Below, piece by piece: positions 10,887 to 20,200 of a stretch of DNA of 64,000 nt. How positions within the stretch are numbered: the stretch's first letter is position 1; every line of letters starts with the position of its first letter. The DNA is from Macrostomum lignano. Its lineage: Eukaryota. A program made the translations under genes and the position numbers. The stretch spans positions 62,001 to 126,000 of the forward strand of contig NIVC01001811.1 of assembly GCA_002269645.1 (NCBI GenBank). The letters run 5' to 3'. The notes beneath the pieces were generated by a model. It saw nothing but the letters and a program-made list of their open reading frames with translations, ran no database searches and was not told the DNA's origin.

Positions 10887-13800
10887 TTAACGATACAATA
10901 CCGGATTCCCGTAATACGCTGGGGGCACACCCCGACGCTCGCGCAGTCTGCGCGGAGACACGGCTGGCGCCGCTGGAGCCACCGGTGCGCATGGCGCAAC
11001 TGGCGTTCCCGGCCCTACTATCCCATGCCGAGGCCCAACGGCAACTGGTGGCACCACATACGAGTAAAACTCCTCCTCCTCCTCAAGTTCCGGCTCTTTA
11101 GTCGCCGGCCCCGCGGGCTCCTGTCTGCACCCTGCCGGCTCAGGCGGATGCGCCGACCGGCGCTGCACTGCCGTATGCCTATTCATCAACCTGAACTGCT
11201 CAGGCCGCTCGGGTACTTTTCGCAAATTATTATAATGCACTATTTTGCTCTTTCCCCTATTGGCGTGCTTTACCCGGTAATTCAAATCGGATATCTTCTC
11301 TAACACCTTCGCCGGCCCCTTCCAATTGCAATGGAACTTGGCTGCCTCCCCTGCCTGCAGCGCAGGCGAGTATTCTAGGACGGCATCCCCAACTTCTATG
11401 GCCGGGCCTCGCACCCTTGAGTCGTACAGCACTTTCTGTTTCCTCTGGTACTGCTGCAGGTTGGTCCGCACCTGCGAATGAGCCTCAGCCAGACTATTAC
11501 CTAATGACTGAACATACGCCGGAGCACTGGCAGGAATGGACTCAGGCAAGGTTCCAATGTCCACTGGAAGCCGCATCTCCCTGGCGTACAGCATGTAGTA
11601 CGGGGTGTACCCCGTGCCTCTGTGAACGCTGCTACGGTACGCCATGAGAGACGGGTGGATCAGATCCTCCCAGTCTCCTTCGCCCACCGACTCACTCATC
11701 CTGCACTTGATCATTGACTTCAACGTCTTATTGAAACTCTCAGCCTGACCATCAGCCATCGGGTGATAGGAGGACGTTCTGCATTTCTTAACGGCAAGCA
11801 ACCGACACAACTGCTTCATCAAAGCCGACTCAAAATTGGTGCCCTTATCGGTGACTAGAAATTCAGGACAACCAAAGTGCGCAATCCAGTGATCAAAAAT
11901 CGCTCGCGCCACCGTCGGGGCTCGCTGATTGGACAAGGGCACCGCCACCGGCCACTTAGTAAAAGAATCCTGGATTGTCAGCACGAATCGATTGCCACCT
12001 CTGGACTTGGGCAACGGCCCGACAATGTCACTCATGATCCTCTGGAAAGCTCCTTCCGAGCAGATTGGCTGCAAAGGCGCCCGGTTGCTGCGCCAGGCTT
12101 CGCCTTCGCACAGTGGACACAGCTCCGGCAATACTCTTCCACGGAACGACTCAGCCCCGGCCACCAGTATCTCGCCTTCACTTTCTCTTGTGTCTTCCTA
12201 ACCCCAAGGTGCCCTCCTGCAACCCCATCATGAAGCTCACTGAGCACTTTCGGCAGCAAAGCCGGCGGCAGCAAGATCTTTTTCTGGCACCCACTCCCGG
12301 GACTCTGAAAATACAACAGATCAGACTCTACTCTTATCAGCTGCCGTTGTGCCCACAGCACACGCTCCTCCCACGACATCACTCTAGGCGCACTGGGGTT
12401 CGAACCCGGGTCCAGGGCATAGGAGCGGACAGCTGCAAGCTTCTTCTCGGCCACTTGCGCCTGCTGGACTTCCTTCAAAGACAGCCCACTGCCAAACACC
12501 GCGTTCACTACTGGCACATTCTCGCTAAACTGGCAGCTAGGGCAGCTCTCATGGCCAGCGTGTTTTCGGTACTTGCGAGACAGCGAATCAGCGTTGCCGT
12601 GCTCCTTGCCTGGCCTGTGAATGATCTCAAAGTCGAAGTTCTGGAGCGACTCAAGCCACTTGCGCACTGACCCTCTACGTCCTTCAGACTGGCTAGCCAC
12701 TGCAAAGCTTTGTGGTCTGAACGAACAGTGAACTTTCTACCTAACAAATAGTACCTATACTTTTTGACGAAGTGCACGACGGCAAGCAACTCTAACCTGG
12801 TGGTGCAATAATTTTTCTCCGCCGCATGAATCATCCTAGACCCGTAAGCGATCACCTTCTCACGGCCATCTGCTTGACGCTGTGACAGGACGGCTCCCAG
12901 CCCGACGCGCGAACTGGCGTCCGTGTCGAGGATGAACTCCCCGGCACCAGGCGAAAAATCCGGGAATGCCATCACATTCGGTGAACACAAAGCGTCTTTC
13001 AGCCTGCAAAACGAACTCTCCTCTTCACTACCCCACTCAAACTTCACTCCGTCTGCGGTTAACCTATACAGCGGCGCTGCAATCTCCGAAAACTGCGGGA
13101 TAAATGACTGATAGTAGGCGCACGTACCCAGGAATGCCTGCACCTTCTTGGCGCTACATGGCCTCGGCCAATTCTGGATCTCCTCGCACTTGCTCGGTCC
13201 GTTGCGATCCCCTCCTGAGAGACGATGTGGCCCAGAAACTTCACCCGCTCTGCGAGGAACACACACTTGGCGGGCTTCAGCTTGACATTGGCATCCCTCA
13301 GGCACTGGAAAACATGCTTCAATCGCTCGAGATGCTGACCCACCGACTTGGCGAACACGACTATATCGTCAAAGTACACCAGGCACTCCTTCCAGTTAAC
13401 CTCAGACAGGGCCATAGACATTAGCCTGGCGAACGTGGCGGGAGCATTGCGCAAGCCAAAACTCATGCACTTCCAGGCGAACTGACCCCTGTTGGGTACC
13501 ACGAACGCCGTTTTCAACTGGTCCTTCGGCTCAATCGGGCACTGATGATAGCCGGAGGCCAGATCCATCGTCGAGAAAACACAGTTCCCTCCTAGCGCAT
13601 CAAGCGTCTCGTCCATCCGCGGCGGTGGGTAAGGATCTGGCACTGTGACCTCGTTAAGGCGCCGATAGTCTAGACACAACCTCAAGCTACCGTCGGCCTT
13701 TTTAACCGGCACGATCGGGCTCGCCCACGGAGAGTAGCAGGGATAGATGCGATCCTGCTGCAACAACTCATCAACCTGCTTATCAATTTCCTCCTTCCAG

Positions 13801-14822
13801 CGCGGTGGAATCCTACGCGCGGGCTGACTTACTGGCTTGGCGTTGCCGGTGTCAATCTCATGCGCCATCAAGTGTGACTGTCCCAACTCCGAGCTATCCC
13901 TGGCAAAGACATCACGATTCCGAGCCATCAGGCGCTCAAACTCGTGCTTCTCATCGCCCGTCAGGCCACATCCTCCCCACTCCTTGACATCGCTGAGGGG
14001 GTTCCAGTCGTCTCGGACACTCTCCACCGAGTTCACCTGCCACCCAGCTGGCTGCTGGGCCGCCACTGGGGAGAACCAACCAATTCGGCTTCCCTTCCTT
14101 AATGACAGACTGCATCCTGACGTGTTCAACACCCTGACAGCCAAGCGACCGTCCCCGTCAGGCATCTGTACCGATCTGGCCACCATCTGCTCGTTACTCA
14201 CTCTCCTCTCAGACTCCACAATGCCTAGGAACTGAATCCCAGAGGGAACCCTTCTCTGCAACCTGACGTGCACCACCTTCTCTTGACCTGCATTGAACTG
14301 CTCAGGCTGACTCAGCACCAGACGGCAAAGACGCGGCTTATCTGCTGATAAGCGAAACGGATACACACAGGATGCAGTCTGCAAGCAATTCCTAGCAAAG
14401 TCAATCGCCATCCCGTGTCTCACGAAAAAGTCAGTGCCCAGAATACATGCCACAGCCAGTTCCTCGACCACAGCGAACTCGTGCAAAAACTCGGTGTCCC
14501 CAACAGAAAACTTCATCGTCACCATTCCATGTACAGCAATCGGTTCCCCATTGGCAGCGAAAACGGAAAAATTCGGCAAATTCGGCGATAAGTCAATGTC
14601 GGCTTTTCTAGACTTCAGGAAACGGTTGCTTAACAACGACACGGTGGCCCCGCTGTCCAGCAGACATGCAATCGGGGGCCCAAACCTAAACTGTGCATCC
14701 ACATAGCCCAGTCCCTGCCGACTCAGCACACTCTGGGACAAGGCCGCGGCCCCCGATGCACCCGGATTCACTGACGCTGGGGCCCGGACGGGTGCCCCGG
14801 CCGAGCCCCCAATCCGTTTCCC
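10887..14822 (-). CDS. pol: pol polyprotein (aspartic protease, RT, RNase H, integrase), read through three 1-nt frameshifts
   Basis: PR: LLDSGATVS. RT: PWASPIV, LDYRRLN, FGLRNAPATF, YFDD. RNase H: TDASS..LGAVL, TDH-like SDHKALQWL. IN: HHCC (ELHDG..GGHLG...CRSCVHC), DIVGPLP, VTDKG, YHPMADGQAESFN, WKGP. Breaks at ~13196, ~12667 and ~12093 are each repaired by adding one base. Confidence 0.93.
14758..14822 (-). promoter_or_regulatory. programmed -1 ribosomal frameshift signal: G GGA AAC slippery heptamer + H-type pseudoknot
   Basis: The heptamer (14816-14822) is in the gag frame and its -1 frame is pol (GKRIG). After a 6-nt spacer come stem 1 GGGGCUCGG/CCGGGCCCC and stem 2 GCACCCG/CGGGUGC. Confidence 0.85.
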
Positions 14823-15747
14823 GAACCCGACTGGTCCCACCGACGATCGCAGCGGTTGCGCATGTGCCCTGACTGGCCACACTCCCGGCAGACCACTGCA
14901 TTACGGCACCGAGCCGTAGTATGCCCTGTCTGCAGGCACCGACCACACTGCCTCTGCTGCTGACTCTGCTCAGGGGCTCGATGCTGCAAGCTCACTTTTG
15001 GCTGCTCAGACCTTGCTGTCGCCATCGGCGCAGTGGGCGCTGCAGCACTTGCTTTTAGCTGAGCCACTTCCGCTTTCAGAGCTGCTATCTCGGCGGCTGC
15101 CCTGGACTCCTGGCTGTTGCCAGCCGCTGCGGCCTGACCCCCACCATGTGCACAGCTCGCTTACCCTCAGGCTCCATCAGAGCCAACGATGCCCTCACTT
15201 GACGCACCCGCCTAATAGCGTCCTGGAGCGTCTCTGGCGCTTGCAGCAGCACGCTCTCCAGCACCCGGGCTGGCACCCGAATCCCCTTCAAAAACCTGTC
15301 TTTCACCAACTCTTCTCGCTGGGCCGCTGGCAGCATTGGGTACGATTTTCTCATAAGCTCCTTGAGCACGTCTGCATATTCTTCAATGGGCTCGCCATCT
15401 TTCTGATTCCTACTCTGGAACTCGGTCTTGTAATCTTGAGCAGTCCTATTCTCATCAAACCTAGCTTCTAGCTGCTCAACAAACTCATCATACGGCAAAT
15501 CATCGGCCAACTCAAGATTCGCAACAGCCTTAAAAGCAGTATTAAAGTCAAGCAGACTGAGCAGCGCCTGCTTGCGCTGATCCCCTAGAATATGAGCCGC
15601 CTCACAATACCCTGTGAATTGTTGCATCCAAAGGGCAAAGTCCTGTGTGGGCACGTACTTATTTGGCCTCGGCACCCGCTGTGCCACATTAAGTTCGTTT
15701 TGCAGACGCGCCGTCAGGGCGTCAATCAGATCGTCTAAATTGGCCAT
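14768..15747 (-). CDS. gag: gag with two CCHC zinc knuckles (1-nt frameshift at 15138-15142)
   Basis: Starts MANLDDLIDAL. Capsid-like region FQSRNQKDGEPIEEYA..L..L...YP...FLKG. Knuckles CGRCLQTGHTTARC and CRECGQSGHMRNRC. Adding one G to the G5 run joins the two ORF-track pieces. Confidence 0.9.
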
Positions 15748-15851
15748 GGCTACAAAAACACAGAGACAACCGAAGCAAACAACACACAAATAAACTAGGC
15801 AACACACACAACCCTAAACACACGGCAGGACAGCAGGGGAGAGGACCGCTG

Positions 15852-15869
15852 ATCCTGGTCACGGCACCA
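15852..15869 (-). other. primer-binding site complementary to tRNA-His 3' end (TGGTGCCGTGACCAGGAT)
   Basis: Lies 2 nt inside the 5' LTR boundary. Matches the ...ATCCTGGTCACGGCA-CCA end typical of invertebrate tRNA-His(GUG), from recall. Confidence 0.85.
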
Positions 15870-15871
15870 CT

Positions 15872-16572
15872 TGTTGTGTCTCGGCCTAATGGCCGCTGGA
15901 CGGGTCAAGGTTCGGGCCCTCCCCGCCTGAGACACCCCTGTCCCAGCCCTCACCCCGGCTATTCCTACCCTGTCTCGCTCGGTTCGGCGAGAGTTCGCCT
16001 GACCGAACACCCTGGGATCGGCGAGAGTTCACCGTTCCCAGGTCCCTGCAGATCCCGGCCCCACGCGGCAACCCAGAAGAACGAAAGCTCGAGCTCACCT
16101 CCTCTTGATATATCGAGTTAATCACGAAGCGTTTATTGGCCCGAAGCAGTTATTGGCACGCGAAGGCAGAGGTACGCCGGTGAACGCAAAAACAGTAAGA
16201 ACGAAGCGGACACCAATAGAGAGCAAACGTGGAGCGCAGCCCGCTCAGTGCTAGCATTTAAATAATACACAAAAAAGGGGGAGGGGTGGGGCAGAATGGA
16301 GACGGCGAGCCAAACCCTGGGGCCCAGCCGGCTTATCAGCCAGCCAGCCAATACGAGCAGCCCCAGGGTGAGGCGGGCAACGAGGGAGGGGGGGGGCACC
16401 CAGATTGGACAGAGATTGGGCCGGGGGCTGGGTGCAAAGGGCTAGGCCAGGGTTGAGACTTACGCCTCTCACAAACCCTGGCCCGGGCGCGAGACGGGGG
16501 ACGGGGCGGGGTGGCATGAAAACTGAAAACAAAAGTACGAGTACATACACACTGGAAGGGCGCAGCCCAACA
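15872..16572 (-). repeat. 5' LTR (701 bp)
   Basis: By eye it differs from the 3' LTR by only three 1-nt indels. Confidence 0.97.
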
Positions 16573-16677
16573 CAATATTGACTTCGATTTTGTGAAGAAA
16601 ACTTGATAAGTATTTTTTAATGAAACGAAACTTATATTTGCCTTGTGTTTATGAAAATTATGCATGAAATACAAAAA

Positions 16678-16875
16678 AGTTGCTATGATGTTGTCGCTAT
16701 GCCGTTGCTATGGTGTTGCTATGCAGTTGCCATGCTGTTGCTATGCGGTTGCCATGCTGTTGCTATGCGGTTGCCATGCTGTTGCTGTGCAGTTGCCATG
16801 CTGTTGCTATGCAGTTGCTATGATTTTGTCGCTATGCCGTTGCTATGCTGTTACTATGCTGTTGCTATACCGCTG
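16678..16875. repeat. ~21-bp minisatellite (GTTGCTATGCAGTTGCCATGCT-like)
   Basis: Directly visible degenerate tandem array. Confidence 0.85.
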
Positions 16876-17296
16876 ATATGCTTTTTCCGGCATTTTTATA
16901 AGATAATATTGGCAACTCAGAATCAATTCTACGAGTAGTTAAAAGCATTCACATGGTACGCCATGCGAAATTATGATTCAAAAACATTTCAGAGCAAAAT
17001 AACAAACGAACGAACAAAAAATAAAATAATAGAAATTAAATCCCAGCAATATTTGGGGATAAATCAAGCAGCAAATTCACCGCTCAGGTACAGTTTGTAA
17101 ACCGGGTACTGATTGAGAAGGAGATTAAAAAAGACTGCAATAACGAACACCTGAGTGAGTCCGTGAGTGCCCAGAAAAACTCATTTAAATTATCTTGAAT
17201 TAAAAGTCTTTGTTAATAGTATACGAGCGAACAGATTTAAGTACTTAGATTAGCAATCCATTTTATAGTCCCAGATATAACAGATTACCCGAACAG

Positions 17297-20200
17297 TCAC
17301 AGGTGTGGACTCCTGGCCAGGTGGATGAAGAACTCCAGCCGGTCACGTGACTCCACCCCGCAGCGGCCGCATCTGAAAGGGTTGCGGCCTCTGCTGTGGA
17401 AGGCCATATGCAGGTGGTACATCAGGCTGTCCCTGAACAGCATGCCGCAGTGCCGACACTCGCCAGCCTCGACGTCTGGAGGCGTCGACGAGGTTGAGCA
17501 GCCGGACGCTGATGAAGAACAGGATGCTGGTGCCACCTGCTGCTGTTGAGTAGAAGCAGACTGCAGCTGCTCGAACTGCTCAATCAGACGCTTCTTCTTG
17601 ATGTGAGACGGAGAGGACTGAGTGGCCGGCAGCTTGGCTGACAGGTCCAACGGGTGCGTCGCGCTGGCCTCCTCGGTCGGCAGCTGTGGCATCGGCGCCG
17701 GGCTGAATGCTGCGACTGCGGCGCTCTGATCGGCGCCGAAGGGAAAACTTAATCCTCCACTGAAAGGGAGGCCCGGCTGCTGATGAGGCGGAATCAGTGG
17801 CGGATGCTGAGGCTGAGGGACTAGCAGAGGTGGTTTAGGTGCACTGGCGACTTGGTGCGGTTGCCAAGGGGCTGGCAGAAGATGCTGTTGCTGTGGCTGC
17901 TGAAGAAACATGACCTGATCCTGCTGTTGACTCAGCGCGTCAGAGTCTAGCTTAGTTGCTGGGTACACCGGGTGACACCTGCAAGTTGTAGTGATGGGGT
18001 ATTGTATTCTAATAAGAATGGGGAGACAGGATGACAGGACTGAGAGAGACAGGACTGAGAGAGACAGGACTGAGAGAGACAGGACTGAGAGAGACATGAC
18101 TGAGAGAGACATGACTGAGAGAGACAGGACTGAGAGAGACAGGACTGGGAGAGACAGGACTGGGAGAGACAGGACTGGGAGAGACAGGACTAAGAGAGAC
18201 AGGACTGGGAGAGACAGGACTGGGAGAGACAGGACTGGGAGAGACAGGACTGGGAGAGACAGGACTAAGAGAGACAGGACTGGGAGAGACAGGACTGGGA
18301 GAGACAGGACTGGGAGAGACAGGACTAAGAGAGACAGGACTGGGAGAGACAGGACTGGGAGAGACAGGACTGAGAGAGACAGGACTGAGAGAGACAGGAC
18401 TGAGAGAGACAGGACTGAGAGAGACAGGACTGGGAGAGACAGGACTGGGAGAGACAGGACTGGGAGAGACAGGACTGAGAGAGACAGGACTGGGAGAGAC
18501 AGGACTGGGAGAGACAGGACTGAGAGAGACAGGACTGGGAGAGACAGGACTGGGAGAGACAGGACTGAGAGAGACAGGACTGAGAGAGACAGAACTGGGA
18601 GAGACAGGACTGGGAGAGACAGGACTGGGAGAGACAGGACTGGGAGAGACAGGACTGAGAGAGACAGGACTGAGAGAGACAGGACTGGGAGAGACAGGAC
18701 TGGGAGAGACAGGACTGAGAGAGACAGGACTGAGAGAGACAGGACTGAGAGAGACAGGACTGAGAGAGACAGGACTGGGAGAGACAGGACTGGGAGAGAC
18801 AGGACTAGGAGAGACAGGACTGAGAGAGACAGGACTGGGAGAGACAGGACTGGGAGAGACAGGACTGGGAGAGACAGGACTGGGAGAGACAGGACTGGGA
18901 GAGACCGGACTGGGAGAGACCGGACTGGGAGAGACAGGACTGGGAGAGACAGGACTGAGAGAGACAGGACTGAGAGAGACAGGACTGGGAGAGACAGGAC
19001 TGGGAGAGACAGGACTGAGAGAGACAGGACTAAGAGAGACAGGACTGGGAGAGACAGGATTGAGAGAGACAGGACTGGGAGAGAGAGGACTGGAGAGAAA
19101 GACAGGAAGGGTTGAGTCCCTCAGCAATGCCTCACCTTTCAGTGGGTGCCGCAGCCGCCTCCAGCTCAGGCTGCACCTGCAGCTTCAGCCTGGCCTTCTG
19201 CTGCCGTCTCCGGGACTTGGCTGCCGAGGCCGCCTGTTCCTCAGGCATGCTGCCATCCGGGTTGAGGGTTGCCGCTGGCTGGTGGCCGTACTTGCGCAGG
19301 TGCTGCCTCAGCGAGTGGCAGTACTTGCTAGCATATCCGCAGTCCCGGCACCTGTGCTGATAGACATTGGTGTGGGACTTGAGATGCGAGTTGAGCATGC
19401 TGCGGTTCACGCACTGGTAGTTGCATTTGCCGCATTTGTAGGGCTTGGAGCCAAAATGATTGCGGATGTGGTACTCCAGGTGGTGCTTGTACTCGGTGAC
19501 GAAGGGGCACTTGGGGCACTGCAGCATCCTGTCGGCCTTGATGTGCGACCTGGCGTGCTCCCAGAAGGCGGTCTTGTCCTCGGCGGTGAAGTCGCACTGC
19601 TTGCAGCGAAGCACCTTCGGGCAGGAGGCGCGGCCAGTGTAAGTCGGCGGCGGCACCACGCTGTGAAAGTCGCGCACGTGACGACGAAGTCGGCCGCTTG
19701 TGCGACACTTGTAGTCGCATTGGGGCACTGCTGATCATAGTGGGTGCCCATGTGCTGGCGGAACGTCTCGCGACTCACGCCTGAAGGTTTGTGGGTTCGT
19801 TTGGAGGGCATCTGACTGTCGTGTCTAACAGGTGACTGTCGTGTCTAACAGGTGACTGTCGTGTCTAACAGGTGACTGTCGTGTTTAACAGGTGAATGTC
19901 GTGTCTAACTGGTAACTTTTGAGTCTAACAGATGTGTGACACTGTCTAACAGGTATGTGACATTGTCTAACAGGTGTGTGACACTGTCTAACAGGTATGT
20001 GACACTGTCTAACAGATGTGTGACACTGTCTAACGGATGTGTGACACTGTCTAACAGGTGTGTGACACTGTCTAACAGGAGTGTGACACTGTCTAACAGG
20101 TGTGTGACACTGTCTAACAGGTATGTCACACTGTCTAACAGGTGTGTGACACTGTCTAACATGTGCGACACTGTCCTGTCTAACAGGTGTGTGACACTGT

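Larger units (their letters stand above)
7935..16572 (-). mobile_element. full-length Ty3/Gypsy LTR retrotransposon with an extra third ORF
   Basis: Two ~700-bp direct LTRs with TGTTG...CAACA termini. 4-bp TSD CAAT at 7931-7934 and 16573-16576. PBS and PPT present. Domain order is gag-PR-RT-RNaseH-IN. Confidence 0.97.

Noticed and set aside
10887-11250. Chromodomain at the integrase C-terminus
   Set aside because: The tail is Pro/Glu/Ala-rich low complexity with no aromatic-cage chromodomain pattern.
15852-15869. tRNA-His gene
   Set aside because: Only the 18-nt 3' complement including CCA is present. It is a PBS, not a gene.
16573-17296. Nanos response element / Pumilio site in the hb 3' UTR
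   Set aside because: I found no GUUGU...AUUGUA pair or UGUAHAUA on the minus strand by eye.
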